Shown: in pieces, positions 19,908 through 29,669 of the stretch
How the letters are laid out: each line of letters begins with the position of its first letter
Numbering within the stretch: the first letter of the stretch is position 1
DNA from: a virus
Taxonomy: Duplodnaviria > Caudoviricetes
Reading direction: 5' to 3' (one strand)
IMG/VR virus record: IMGVR_UViG_3300025357_000013
Coordinates: 1-59,196 of that record
Length of the DNA: 59,196 bases
Notes under the pieces: model-generated
Database searches by the model: none
Told to the model about the DNA's origin: nothing
Seen by the model: the letters and a program-made list of their open reading frames with translations, nothing else
Translations under genes and position numbers: made by a program

Positions 19908-21287
19908 TTATGCTGTGTAACTTCCAGAGGAAGTGAATGTGAGGATGGTGTTAGAGCCGGATGTGGTTACGGCTGGGGAACCCGTAGTAACGCCGGAATA
20001 GTTGATAGTCGGAACAGAAAGGATCACGACGCCTGAGCCACCGTTACCCCCGGATGTGCTTGTAGCACCTGATCCGCCACCGCCGCCGCCAGTATTGCTA
20101 GACCCTGCGCCCGGAGCATTGGGAGCCACGCTTCCCGCACCGCCGCCACCCGATCCGCCAGTTCCTGCGGGAGAGTAGTAAGTGCCACCGCCTCCGCCTC
20201 CGGCGTAGTAGATTGATGAACCCGTAATCGAAGAGGCAAGCCCTACCCCACCATTACCCGTAGTTCCTCCGCCGTTTGCGCCAACACCGCCTGCTCCACC
20301 GCCGCCGCCGCCAGAGTACGGCGATACATACGACCCGTTATATGAACCACCGGCATAACCTTGACCTGTAGTTCCAGAACCACCATATTCGGATGAAGTT
20401 GCTCCAGCACAAGCGGCCCCGCCGCCAGACCCTCCAGATACCCCGAAAGCATTGCCGGATCCGTTCCAATAAGAAGCCCCGCCACCGCCGCCGACACAAG
20501 TCAAACCAAAAACGGTTGAATTTGATCCGTTATTGCCCTTGTTTGTAGAGGTTCCGGAAACCCCGATGCCGCCAGCTCCGCCAGCCCCAACTGTAATGAC
20601 GTAATTCGTCTTTAGTTGAACAGAGAGGGAGCCGCTTAAAAGTCCGCCAGCGCCGCCGCCGCCAGCCTGATACCCTTCTCCGCCGCCACCGCCGCCAGCA
20701 ACAATAAGATAGGAAGCCGAATAATTCTGGGGCAGGTAGGTCGAGTTTCCAACTGAAACATCAACCCATCCCTGCGTGGAATCCACAAACACCAAAGTCA
20801 TGGATGCGCGGGTAGTCGAAACTACGGCACCTGCCGCAATACCATTGATATTTCCGCCATTCGGATTAATGATGATCGGATTCGTCGCAGCAGTACCCGC
20901 GTAATCAAGGATCCCGACTTTCTGCCCCGCAGTCGGAGACGCAGGAAGCGTGACCGTGATTGCCGCAGAGGTCGTATTGACCGGGTAAGAGTTACCCGCA
21001 ACCGCAGTAAAGCTCGCCGTCTGAACCGCCTGAAGTACCAAGCCGCCTGACGTTACCCAAGCCGTGCCGTTCCACGTTTCGACTGCGCCAATCGAGGTGT
21101 TAAAACGGGTATATCCCGAGTTGGGGTTCGAAGGGCGCTGCGCCGTCGTACCTGAAGGAAGGTCGAACGCTCCGGTCGAATTGTTGTCCTTGTCGGAGAC
21201 GTTCGTCGGCGTCAGCTTTGCGTCAGTCTGACTCTGCGTGTACCCATCAACCTGAGTTGCAATACCCGGACCGATATACCCGCCCAT
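19908..21287 (-). CDS. Glycine-rich tail fibre/adhesin protein
   Basis: Paralog of 17935-19506 and 16621-17922 sharing the same modules. Confidence 0.75.
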   Translation of the reverse strand: MGGYIGPGIATQVDGYTQSQTDAKLTPTNVSDKDNNSTGAFDLPSGTTAQRPSNPNSGYTRFNTSIGAVETWNGTAWVTSGGLVLQAVQTASFTAVAGNSYPVNTTSAAITVTLPASPTAGQKVGILDYAGTAATNPIIINPNGGNINGIAAGAVVSTTRASMTLVFVDSTQGWVDVSVGNSTYLPQNYSASYLIVAGGGGGGEGYQAGGGGAGGLLSGSLSVQLKTNYVITVGAGGAGGIGVSGTSTNKGNNGSNSTVFGLTCVGGGGGASYWNGSGNAFGVSGGSGGGAACAGATSSEYGGSGTTGQGYAGGSYNGSYVSPYSGGGGGGAGGVGANGGGTTGNGGVGLASSITGSSIYYAGGGGGGTYYSPAGTGGSGGGGAGSVAPNAPGAGSSNTGGGGGGSGATSTSGGNGGSGVVILSVPTINYSGVTTGSPAVTTSGSNTILTFTSSGSYTA

Positions 21288-21592
21288 TACGCTTGCTCCA
21301 GTACGCTCACGAAGGCGTCGATTGCGGAGTTAGCAGAGGACGTTACGGTCATCGCCTGACCCGCCGTCATGATCAGCTTCCCATCAAGACCTGAGAACGA
21401 AGACCCGGCAGGAATCGGAACCTGATAGAGGATGTTGGACGACCCAATCGTTACGGTCGCAGTCACCTGACTTGCGCTCTTGTTGCAGAGCATCAAACCG
21501 ATGATGACCGTGGTCGTTGAGGCCGGAACCGTGTAGACCGCAAGACCTGAAGTGGTCGCCGTCCCGGAAGCGTTTTTGAATGTGTTACTCAT
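21287..21592 (-). CDS. Small beta-rich virion protein
   Basis: MSNTFKN...YTVPASTTTVIIGL...N family usually found upstream of such fibres. Confidence 0.65.
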   Translation of the reverse strand: MSNTFKNASGTATTSGLAVYTVPASTTTVIIGLMLCNKSASQVTATVTIGSSNILYQVPIPAGSSFSGLDGKLIMTAGQAMTVTSSANSAIDAFVSVLEQA

Positions 21593-21595
21593 GAT

Positions 21596-22081
21596 TTATC
21601 CCAAGGCTACCGACAAAGCTAGGGCTATCCCGGCAGGATCAACCGTGACACCAATAGCAGAGGTTTTAAGGATGGTTGGGTCGTACCCTTGAACAGTCAC
21701 GCCGATGGCTGCAGATTTGAGCGTGGTTGCGTCGTAGGCTTGAACGACGTTGTTGTTGATCGCGTCCGTGATGGCATCCAGCTTGATCTGATCCAAAGCG
21801 GCCTTGGTCAGATAGTTCGCAGCGGTCGCGCCGACCGGGAACGTGTTGGGTGCTGTGCCTTCCTGTCCTCGAACAACCGTAAAGACATCCCCTGAAACCG
21901 CCGTGACCTTGACGATCTCCATCGCGGATCCATTAACCAGCGTCAGGTAAAAGACATCGCTCCCACTCAGCGTTGGGAACAAAGCGCCTTGTCCTGTGGC
22001 GACAGTCAAAGAGGTTGCTGAAGTCAAGGTGATCGCGACGCCCAATGAAGAGATCGCGTTATTTGCATACCGGACGGCCAT
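21596..22081 (-). CDS. Tail fibre-proximal virion protein
   Basis: ANNA.S.L...GQGALFP...EIVKVT...VVRGQEGT motif. Confidence 0.65.
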   Translation of the reverse strand: MAVRYANNAISSLGVAITLTSATSLTVATGQGALFPTLSGSDVFYLTLVNGSAMEIVKVTAVSGDVFTVVRGQEGTAPNTFPVGATAANYLTKAALDQIKLDAITDAINNNVVQAYDATTLKSAAIGVTVQGYDPTILKTSAIGVTVDPAGIALALSVALG

Positions 22082-23520
22082 TAAGCTGCCTCCTCCCAGT
22101 TGATGTAATCAGCAGTTGCGGTCATGGTGATCTGCTCCGCGTAGGCCGAAAGCGTGATGTCGTCTGCGGTTGTCGCCCCAATAACGATGCCGTCGACCGT
22201 GACGTCGATAAGGATCGTGTGACCTGGGAACACCCGGATGTAAACCGGAGCGAAAGTTCCGGTCGCTGAAGCCGCACCCGCGAGAAGCTTGGCAAGACGA
22301 AGCGTTCCCTGCCCGGTCCCAACCGCAGCAATCGCCGCTTCGAGGGGTTTGGAAAGAAAGATCGTTGCCGCAGCGACGGAGCCTTGAGCGGTAATCGCAG
22401 CAGAGAGCTGCTCTGCAAGCGTCAGCGATGCCGGGAAAACCTGAGCGGCTGCCGAGATCGGCTGGCCGTTGAGCGGCATGACAAGTGATGCCGTACCCCA
22501 AACACTGGCTGCAGACTGAAGCGCCCCGCCCAAAGTCATCGAAAGTGACGGGATACCCGATGCTGCGCTTGAGACCAGTACGGATCCAGTCAGATTTTCT
22601 TGGAGCAACAGGGATGCTGGAGACACCAAAGCCTGAGCCAAGATCGGACTGCCGAGCTTGAACCCGTTCAGGACGCCCGCATTCAGGGCAAACGTATTAA
22701 GGACCGGACCCTTGTTGTCGTAGAGCGCCGTGCCGTAGATGACAACCGTTCGCTGAAGATCCCCGACAACCAAGGCAGAAGCCGAAGCCTGACCTGCCAG
22801 GACAAACTGATCCGTGAGCGTCGCCGTTCCGATAGCTGAGGCAGATCCGGAGCCGTAGATCAGCTTGCTCAGTGCAGCAGATCCCGAGGTGTAGGCGTAA
22901 GCCGAAGCTGCGCCGTTCAGGGTCATCGAGAGGTTGGCGGTTGCTTGAACTGACGTCAGCGCAGTGATCGAGCCTGCGATGTTGAGCGTGTTGGTAACTG
23001 CGCCCGTAACCGTAGACGAAACCGATGCCGCACCCGCGAGGTTGTGGACTTCAGAAAGAAGCCCTGTCACCGTAGCTGTCGAAGCGATCGATCCCGCGAG
23101 GGACATTGAGAGCGATGCAGACCCTGTGAGGGATGACGATTCCGACAAGGAACCTGCAAGGCTCAAGGTATCTGTGATCGCGCCCAGAACCGCAGACGAA
23201 GCAGAGAGCGATCCTGCAAGAGGATACGAATCCGAGACTGCGCCTGAAATGGAAGCGGTCGACGCGACAGATCCTGCCAAGGACATCGAGAGGGAAGCCG
23301 CACCCGTAATGGACGAGACTTCCGAAACCGTTGCCGCAAGGTTCAGGATGTCAGTGACCGCTCCTGTGATCGCTGCGCTTGAGGTGATAACCCCAGCGAG
23401 GCTTTCCGTAACCGACAGCGCACCCGTAACCGCAGCAGAGCTAGACGACGTACCGGCCAGATAGACCTTGTACGCGTTGGCAAGCGCTGTGGTGTTAAGT
23501 GCGACGCGGTTAAGAAGCAT
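22081..23520 (-). CDS. Ala/Ser/Thr-rich repeat virion protein
   Basis: 479 aa with LAG(S)-anchored repeats of about 20 aa. Confidence 0.65.
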   Translation of the reverse strand: MLLNRVALNTTALANAYKVYLAGTSSSSAAVTGALSVTESLAGVITSSAAITGAVTDILNLAATVSEVSSITGAASLSMSLAGSVASTASISGAVSDSYPLAGSLSASSAVLGAITDTLSLAGSLSESSSLTGSASLSMSLAGSIASTATVTGLLSEVHNLAGAASVSSTVTGAVTNTLNIAGSITALTSVQATANLSMTLNGAASAYAYTSGSAALSKLIYGSGSASAIGTATLTDQFVLAGQASASALVVGDLQRTVVIYGTALYDNKGPVLNTFALNAGVLNGFKLGSPILAQALVSPASLLLQENLTGSVLVSSAASGIPSLSMTLGGALQSAASVWGTASLVMPLNGQPISAAAQVFPASLTLAEQLSAAITAQGSVAAATIFLSKPLEAAIAAVGTGQGTLRLAKLLAGAASATGTFAPVYIRVFPGHTILIDVTVDGIVIGATTADDITLSAYAEQITMTATADYINWEEAA

Positions 23521-23524
23521 CGGT

Positions 23525-23965
23525 TTAGCTCAGGGTGACGCTCAAAGATCCTGCCGGGAAGCTCACGACGTCGGCCTGGTTGATCGTCTTTGGAATGGTC
23601 AGCGGTCCCCACCAAAGGAGGTTGCCGCCAGAGGCTGCATCAAAAAGACCGAACCACTGGACGTTGCCCCAAGAAGCTGAAGGGGTCGGGAAGTTCAGAG
23701 CGTTGACGTTGGTCGTGTTGCCTGAAGTACCAGAGGAAGCAGCGGAGCTGCCGCCCTGCGTTGCGGTCCAATCGCCCAAGCCCTGCGAGGTGCTGGCTGC
23801 GGTCTTTACGCGAGCGTAAGCATTGCCGGAAACTTCCGTACCGCCGCCTGCAGCAGAAGGAGCTGCGGTGAAAAGGCCGACATAGACGGTCGGAGCCGTA
23901 TAAGCCTGACCCCTGAAAAGGAGATCGAGGATCTTGTTCTCGGTGTAATTGCTGATCTGTGACAT
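23525..23965 (-). CDS. Phage tail fibre-associated structural protein
   Basis: SNY.EN.ILD..F...Y..P..YVGLFT..P...GGGTEVSG..YAR...FP...WG...FGLFDA..GGNLL motif. Confidence 0.75.
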   Translation of the reverse strand: MSQISNYTENKILDLLFRGQAYTAPTVYVGLFTAAPSAAGGGTEVSGNAYARVKTAASTSQGLGDWTATQGGSSAASSGTSGNTTNVNALNFPTPSASWGNVQWFGLFDAASGGNLLWWGPLTIPKTINQADVVSFPAGSLSVTLS

Positions 23966-23973
23966 GGAGTTAC

Positions 23974-24300
23974 CTATCGTTGACGGACGTAGAACTTGAG
24001 GAGGTCATAGATCGTCTGCGTCTCGCCTCCGCCAAAATTGACAACAACCTCCCCTTCGTAAGCCCCTGGCTCTACGTTGAGTACGCCGTTATCGAAGTTG
24101 AATCGAACCTGACCCGTTGAGCCGCCGCCGACCTTGACCGTTGAAATGGTGCTGAGGGTCGTGGTGGATCCGGAGGCCCTGAAGAGAACTTGAACCGTGA
24201 CACTGGCGTCCGAAACATCAAGGACCGTGCCGTCTGATTTGGTCAGACTCAGATTGATGTAAGGCAGCGTGTCGCCCTGAACGAGGTTGATCTTGGCCAC
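23974..24300 (-). CDS. BppU-like Ig-fold virion protein
   Basis: LVQGDT.P...L......D......PG.YEGEV.V.F..G..QT motif. Confidence 0.6.
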   Translation of the reverse strand: MAKINLVQGDTLPYINLSLTKSDGTVLDVSDASVTVQVLFRASGSTTTLSTISTVKVGGGSTGQVRFNFDNGVLNVEPGAYEGEVVVNFGGGETQTIYDLLKFYVRQR

Positions 24301-24303
24301 GGC

Positions 24304-24963
24304 TTATCCTTCCGAAGCCGTGCGGCCTGAGTAAATGTTGGCTTTGTTTGGGCTGCTGGCTAGCGTAATTTGTGCGCCAGCATTCAAGGCATCCTGGAAA
24401 AGCTGATAGTGGGCTGATGCTCGATTCGCATTTCCAGCGTATTCAGAGTCCTTGCTGAATGCTCTGTAGCAGACGTAGTCCACCATGGCGCCTGTGTAGG
24501 CGTTTTCAAAGACACTCAATGTTGACGAAGCCGTCAGATCCGTTGGGGCCTGCTGATAGATGATTTCTACCTGAGCCGATGTCGTTGCCGGAGGGTATAC
24601 CCAGAAATTACTGGGATACCGTTCATCCAGCATGAAGTGCATGATCGTTGATGCCGCAGTCATTTGGTGCCAGCTTGGATTCTGTTGATCCAGAAATCCG
24701 CGCTTTGTCAGCGTGATAGCGGGACCGCTTACATTCCTTGGGATATCCATCAAGCGGACGCCATCTGCAGGGATTTGCTGCTGCGCCCCGGCGGCCAACG
24801 TAAGAGTTGTTGCCGTTGAATAAATGTCGGGTCTTACCGCGGCAATAGCTCGGCGGCAGTCATTGACCCAGTTGATCAATTCTGTAGCTGGCCAACGAAC
24901 ATTGGTCAGATCCTGGATGATCATGGATGCGCGATCCATAATGTTCTGCGCGGTCAATGACAT
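24304..24963 (-). CDS. Head-tail adaptor / tail tubular protein (DUF6682-like)
   Basis: QD..NVRW...EL..W.ND...RPD...FWVYPP...DYV.YRAFSKD.E motif. Confidence 0.75.
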   Translation of the reverse strand: MSLTAQNIMDRASMIIQDLTNVRWPATELINWVNDCRRAIAAVRPDIYSTATTLTLAAGAQQQIPADGVRLMDIPRNVSGPAITLTKRGFLDQQNPSWHQMTAASTIMHFMLDERYPSNFWVYPPATTSAQVEIIYQQAPTDLTASSTLSVFENAYTGAMVDYVCYRAFSKDSEYAGNANRASAHYQLFQDALNAGAQITLASSPNKANIYSGRTASEG

Positions 24964-24990
24964 CGTAGTCTCCCGACTAGGTTTGAAAAA

Positions 24991-25689
24991 TTAGCGCCAA
25001 TAATTCATGCGACGGACCCCCTGCCAGTTGGGGTGCCCGACGGTGAAATCAGGTGTGCTGCGGAGTTTTTTGCGGGTGCCATCTTTAATGGCAATCGCGC
25101 CAAAAGAACCAATCAAGGTTTCAAACTGGCCGCGATGGAATTCAGCCAAGGAAAGATCCGTCCAGGGCCTGTTCCGAATCGACATGAGCTTGTAGTTCGC
25201 TCCATGCTCGATGGCCTCCCAACAGTTGTCGTATAGGAAGCTCGGGAGCGTGGTGGCTTTACGGGTCGGTGTAAGGATCAAATTGACTTCAAGCGATCCC
25301 GCAGCAGCCGGAGGCGGAATCAGCCGAAGCGTATTGGGTGAAGGCCTGAAATAGCCCTTGGGGATTCCGATAGGTTCCCGGACCAACCATTCGGCGGCTT
25401 CCTCTCGGGTCCATGGATCCAACGGGATCGGTTTGGTCGGGGTTGAGCCAGGCGTCCAGTAAACCGAATCAATGTCACTGAGAATAGCGTCATCCGTTGA
25501 GAACAGCGCGATATCGTTCTGATTGGTGACAGTGATCTTTGTTTTGTTGGCGTAGATCAGAGTGCGCCGGCAGAATTCGATGGCTGCCCAAAGAATCCCC
25601 TGCGATGCGATGGGAACAGGACAGTCAAGCATCAAAGGCCCGACAAGGCTTGCGATATTGACGGTATCGTCACTCTGAATGAATGCCAT
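24991..25689 (-). CDS. Head-tail adaptor protein
   Basis: CP.P.......AAIEFC..T...LP..L...AI..GA..L......PW motif. Confidence 0.65.
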   Translation of the reverse strand: MAFIQSDDTVNIASLVGPLMLDCPVPIASQGILWAAIEFCRRTLIYANKTKITVTNQNDIALFSTDDAILSDIDSVYWTPGSTPTKPIPLDPWTREEAAEWLVREPIGIPKGYFRPSPNTLRLIPPPAAAGSLEVNLILTPTRKATTLPSFLYDNCWEAIEHGANYKLMSIRNRPWTDLSLAEFHRGQFETLIGSFGAIAIKDGTRKKLRSTPDFTVGHPNWQGVRRMNYWR

Positions 25690-25692
25690 GGG

Positions 25693-26094
25693 TTAGCCTC
25701 GGCCGTAGAGCTTCTGGCCCATCAGATCCTGGATCAGTTTCCGGGCTCTGTCGGCGGACCATTTTGCATCGATCTGCTGACCAAATTCGCGGAGCGCGTA
25801 AGCGGTCAACGCGGCCTTGTCCATCATGTTGATATCGACAAGCGAAGGCATTTCGGCTTTTTCCTTCTCTTCAAGGTCTTCAACCTCTTCGATCTGGACA
25901 GCCTTTTCAGTCTTTTTGCCTTTGACCTCGGCAAGGACTTCAAACACATCGCTGTGCTCAGTTGCCTTCCGGGCAAGTTCTTCTGGAACGACCTGAGTGT
26001 CGCCCTTGCCTGACCATGTCACCACGGTCTTGCCGACGCGAAGGCTCTGCGCCTCGCGATCCAGAATGAGACGAACGCTAAAGTAAGCGGTCAT
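25693..26094 (-). CDS. Hypothetical head-associated protein
   Basis: 133-aa ORF with SD in the capsid operon. Confidence 0.55.
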   Translation of the reverse strand: MTAYFSVRLILDREAQSLRVGKTVVTWSGKGDTQVVPEELARKATEHSDVFEVLAEVKGKKTEKAVQIEEVEDLEEKEKAEMPSLVDINMMDKAALTAYALREFGQQIDAKWSADRARKLIQDLMGQKLYGRG

Positions 26095-26150
26095 GGGGAA
26101 TCCTCTTGGGTGAAAAGGCGGGGTTGCCCCCGCCCTCTCGATACAGCGTC

Positions 26151-26585
26151 TTACTTGACGCCGATGACGTTGCCGGCAGCGCGAATACCCAGCGCGCCAC
26201 TAGCACCACCAGAGACGGTGCCAAAGGTCACAGCCAGGAAGCTGTCGGTTTCAACAATCACCGGAGACGCCAGAATGACGTCGTACAGTGAGCCGGCTAC
26301 GGTTGCGGTGCCAAAGTCATACGACGCAAACAGCGCAGACGGGCTGGCCGTTGAGCCATCCACCGGAATCAGGCCGATCGATGCAGGAACCGTAGTTCCC
26401 AGATCAGCGTTCTGGATGGACAGGAACTGAATAACCGTACCTGCGGGGACGATGAAGAGCTCTGCGATATCGCCCGTTGAAGGGGTCAGAGTCACAGTGC
26501 CAGTGTCGTTCCACGCGATACCCCATTCGCCGGCAACCGGCGATTTCTTGAACGCATTCAAGGTAGTGGCTTGAGTAATGGCCAT
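26151..26585 (-). CDS. Putative capsid decoration protein
   Basis: Beta-rich 144 aa directly after the major capsid gene, GAGGT SD. Confidence 0.55.
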   Translation of the reverse strand: MAITQATTLNAFKKSPVAGEWGIAWNDTGTVTLTPSTGDIAELFIVPAGTVIQFLSIQNADLGTTVPASIGLIPVDGSTASPSALFASYDFGTATVAGSLYDVILASPVIVETDSFLAVTFGTVSGGASGALGIRAAGNVIGVK

Positions 26586-26611
26586 TGGAGATACCTCTTG
26601 TTGAATCAGGT

Positions 26612-26640
26612 AAAGGAAAGCCCGCGCAAGGCGGGCTTCC
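26612..26640 (-). terminator. Hairpin/terminator after the major capsid gene
   Basis: AAGCCCGC-CTTGC-GCGGGCTTTCCTTT. Confidence 0.55.
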
Positions 26641-26659
26641 TATGTGGGTGCTTGAGTTC

Positions 26660-27991
26660 TTACAGCTTCACTGCAGAGTCAATCGCCATCACGCCGTAGT
26701 CGGTCGGGATGGTGTTGCCGGTCGCCGGATCAGTGAAGTTGAAGCGGAGCTTGGACATACCAAACATCGCATCACCTGCTACTTCCGTGGCGCGCTCGAA
26801 GTTGTAGAGTCTTTCGTGCCAACTGAAATAATAACCTGAAGAATTATTCCGGCCGTAGCACATCGCCAGAGACTGGCCGCCCGTAAGGATGGCGCGCTCA
26901 ACCGCATAAGCCGCATTCAGTGAGCCATTGATCTGCTGGGCAGATTCAACCGCGCTGTATTGGTTAGCGGAGGTAACGATGTTGGTGTATTCGCCCGGAG
27001 CGAACCGCACCGTGAAGCGCGGGAGCTTACGAACGAGGATGCCGTTCCAGAGACCCGGTTCACCAGAGAACAGCGGGTGCTTGGTGCCGTAAGACTTACG
27101 ATGCCAAGCGTTCTGGAGGAAGGTACGCCAGTTGGTGTTAGAACCGCCTGACTCGGTCTGGACGTTGTACCACTGACGCGGAGTCAGCCAGAGGACCGCC
27201 TTGATCGGCTCATCGTTGGCTGCAGGATCATCTGCAACCTTGACGTTGGGCAGCGGGAAAGGCAGGTCATCCAGAAGCAGCGACAAGCTGTCGATGGTTT
27301 CCAGAGTGAAGGTATCGGTCGATGCAATCGAACCGAGCTGCTGACCGCCTTGGGTGATGCCACCCGTTGAGCTGCCGTTGTTCACGACAAAGTGACGGTT
27401 GTAGGTCGGTGCCAGTACCGGATTGACCGCGATATCAGTGAAATCGGGGTTTACGGTGCTGCCTGCAGTTGACTGGAACTGCAGAGGTACAATCCAGTCA
27501 CGGTTGACCATCGAACCACGGGCGCCTGCCATGTGGACGATAGACAGCTGATCGTAGAGACGGGGGAAGTAACCTTCCAGCTGGGCCATCGCAATACCAC
27601 GAAGGTTATGGATGGTGCGCTGTGCGGTCATCTTGCCGCCGGCATCGACAACCTTGGTCAGAAGGTCGATCCGGATATCCATTGAAGAGGAGACGAGCTT
27701 TTCGCCTCGGCCTTCAGCCTGACGGTCACCGACAATCGGCTGACCCATGATGGTGTCGAAAAGGTCAACGGAGACCTTGTCGCCCTGGGTCTTGGAAAGA
27801 TCGGTTACGCGCACGATAGGCATCGTGGATGCGGTCTGACCCTTGAGCTTGGCTTCGGCATCACCCTGCTGGGGAGATTCACCGATCAAAGCTCGGGTAA
27901 AGGCCGGAGCCTGAATGACGCGAGCAAACAAGGCTGCGCCGTAAATTTTGCGGGCTAATGCTGAACCCGCTGCAATCTGCGTTTGTGCCAT
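26660..27991 (-). CDS. Major capsid protein (N4-gp56/DUF4043-like)
   Basis: PIVRVTDLSK..GD.V..D.F, GD...EGRGE.L, DAGGKM..QRT.HNLR, HMAGARG, HPLF.G..G.WNGILV, DYGVMAID. Confidence 0.9.
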   Translation of the reverse strand: MAQTQIAAGSALARKIYGAALFARVIQAPAFTRALIGESPQQGDAEAKLKGQTASTMPIVRVTDLSKTQGDKVSVDLFDTIMGQPIVGDRQAEGRGEKLVSSSMDIRIDLLTKVVDAGGKMTAQRTIHNLRGIAMAQLEGYFPRLYDQLSIVHMAGARGSMVNRDWIVPLQFQSTAGSTVNPDFTDIAVNPVLAPTYNRHFVVNNGSSTGGITQGGQQLGSIASTDTFTLETIDSLSLLLDDLPFPLPNVKVADDPAANDEPIKAVLWLTPRQWYNVQTESGGSNTNWRTFLQNAWHRKSYGTKHPLFSGEPGLWNGILVRKLPRFTVRFAPGEYTNIVTSANQYSAVESAQQINGSLNAAYAVERAILTGGQSLAMCYGRNNSSGYYFSWHERLYNFERATEVAGDAMFGMSKLRFNFTDPATGNTIPTDYGVMAIDSAVKL

Positions 27992-28034
27992 TGGGGTTTC
28001 CTGCTACGGGAAGGGCGTCTCACGACGCGGGCAT

Positions 28035-28063
28035 AAAAAAACCGCTTCTCAGCGGTGGGTTTT
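28035..28063 (-). terminator. Terminator-like hairpin between scaffold and capsid genes
   Basis: ACCGCT-GAGA-AGCGGT followed by a T-run. Confidence 0.5.
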
Positions 28064-28065
28064 CG

Positions 28066-29076
28066 TTAAAGCCTTTTCAGCAGATCCAGAGGATCCATCT
28101 TCGAAAGCTGCTCATAAGGGATGTTTTGCAACATCGCCCCAATTTCAGCTGCCGTCGCGTTCTCCAGATTTGCTGCAGGAGACTCGGGAGCGCTGCCGCC
28201 TTTAAGGTCTGATAGCGTGTTGATCCGGGGCTGCTGCTCCGTTTCAGTCGCTCTCGGCCTAGGCTTTTGCGTGTCCCTGACAGGTGACGACTGGTAGGAC
28301 GCCGGGAGATTTACGCTCCCAAAGTCTTCTTCCAGCCGCTCGACAACCTTGGCGAATCGTTCCGCGATGGGCTTATCGCGCCATTGCGGTGAATTTTCCA
28401 GTCGGGCATCGATTTCTACGGCCGCTTTCCAGAGCTCATTCCCTTCATCCCGAAGGTAGCGAAGGGTTGGATTGGCATCGATCGCCGTATTGATTTGGGC
28501 GACTTCAGCCTGTTGCTTCTGCTGCTGATCCCTTTCCCAATGCGAGGTCATCACCTCGACGCGGTCCCTGAACTGATTCAATTCCTGGCGAAGCCGTTGG
28601 TTCTCCGCTCGGGTTGCCTTATTGAGTTTGGCAATCTCAGGAAATTCTTCTTCAAGGGCCTTGAGCTCCGGGTCTTCCGGGTCAAGATCAGGGATCTCCG
28701 GATTGGCCTGTCCGGGTTGCAGCTTTAGCTCATCCAGTTGCTTCCGGAGAGCGGCATTTTCAGCTTCCATGGTTTGCCGCGATTCCCGTTCCCTGCGGAG
28801 GACCGCGAAAGGAATCGTGTGCTTGCCATCGGCCGAAAGGACTGGCGCTTCTTCTTCCTGATTAAAATCGGTGGACGGGTCCGAATCTTGTGGATTTACG
28901 TCCGTTGTCGGATCAGTTTCTTCGTTTTCCTTTGGATCGGCATCGGCCTTTCCATTGAGGAGCTCTAGGAGCTTCTCGGGATCACTCGGAAGGTTATCCG
29001 GGTCCAGGGAGGCGAGATCTAAGTTCTCGCCAGCGTCATTGAGGACGTCTTCTGTCGTCACTTGCTTGTCTGCCAC
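28066..29076 (-). CDS. Capsid scaffolding protein
   Basis: Acidic coiled-coil protein with a LSADGKHTIPF.VL motif, directly upstream of the major capsid gene. Confidence 0.75.
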   Translation of the reverse strand: MADKQVTTEDVLNDAGENLDLASLDPDNLPSDPEKLLELLNGKADADPKENEETDPTTDVNPQDSDPSTDFNQEEEAPVLSADGKHTIPFAVLRRERESRQTMEAENAALRKQLDELKLQPGQANPEIPDLDPEDPELKALEEEFPEIAKLNKATRAENQRLRQELNQFRDRVEVMTSHWERDQQQKQQAEVAQINTAIDANPTLRYLRDEGNELWKAAVEIDARLENSPQWRDKPIAERFAKVVERLEEDFGSVNLPASYQSSPVRDTQKPRPRATETEQQPRINTLSDLKGGSAPESPAANLENATAAEIGAMLQNIPYEQLSKMDPLDLLKRL

Positions 29077-29165
29077 TTATCGCAGTTGGCTCGCGTGTTG
29101 AGGAACCGTTGTTCCGCTCCGCTTCCCAGCGGTGCATGTCGCCTCACGGCGAGATCGGTGAGCAC

Positions 29166-29189
29166 AAAAAAACCTGCACTAGGCAGGCC
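29166..29189 (-). terminator. Rho-independent terminator
   Basis: CCTGC-CTAGT-GCAGG followed by T7. Confidence 0.6.
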
Positions 29190-29246
29190 TTTGGGCTGAA
29201 ACTGGGTCTTCCGATATTGTTTCGGCGTCGGAAGAGCGCTTGTCCG

Positions 29247-29669
29247 TTACCTGAACTCAGCAGGTAGCTTGAGCTTGTATGCAGGCTCATATTTATTGAA
29301 GTAATCTTTCAGCTTCTGTATGTCGCTGTGCGTGTGCGTCAGCATGGTGACGGAGGGCGTGTAGCTTTTTGGGTTGTCAGACCATTGGCCGCCGACATAA
29401 GAGCCCCAGGGCGCTTCGGCGCCGTGATATTGAGACTCGTTGCTAAACGACGGATGATTTGGCTTCTTATAGCGATCGTTGCCGTGACCGTTATCCGCAA
29501 ACTCTTCCTTGTTCTTCCAGAATCCACGGAGGTCGTAATCGATCGTCTCCAGATCCGGATTCTTGCCGTGCTCTTGCGCCCAGCCTTGGAACTTCTGCTC
29601 TTCTTCCGGGGTGAGCGGGGTATTGAAGTTGTCGTGGAAGTATTGGTCTTCCGGGTGTAATTCAGCCAT
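29247..29669 (-). CDS. Conserved phage hypothetical protein (DYDLRG...KKPNHPxFSxES)
   Basis: 140 aa, overlapping the upstream stop codon; conserved-looking aromatic/His motif. Confidence 0.65.
   Translation of the reverse strand: MAELHPEDQYFHDNFNTPLTPEEEQKFQGWAQEHGKNPDLETIDYDLRGFWKNKEEFADNGHGNDRYKKPNHPSFSNESQYHGAEAPWGSYVGGQWSDNPKSYTPSVTMLTHTHSDIQKLKDYFNKYEPAYKLKLPAEFR

Noticed and set aside
16621-21287. Diversity-generating retroelement or shufflon acting on the fibres
   Set aside because: No reverse transcriptase, no adenine-specific TR/VR pair, and no invertase or inverted sites seen.
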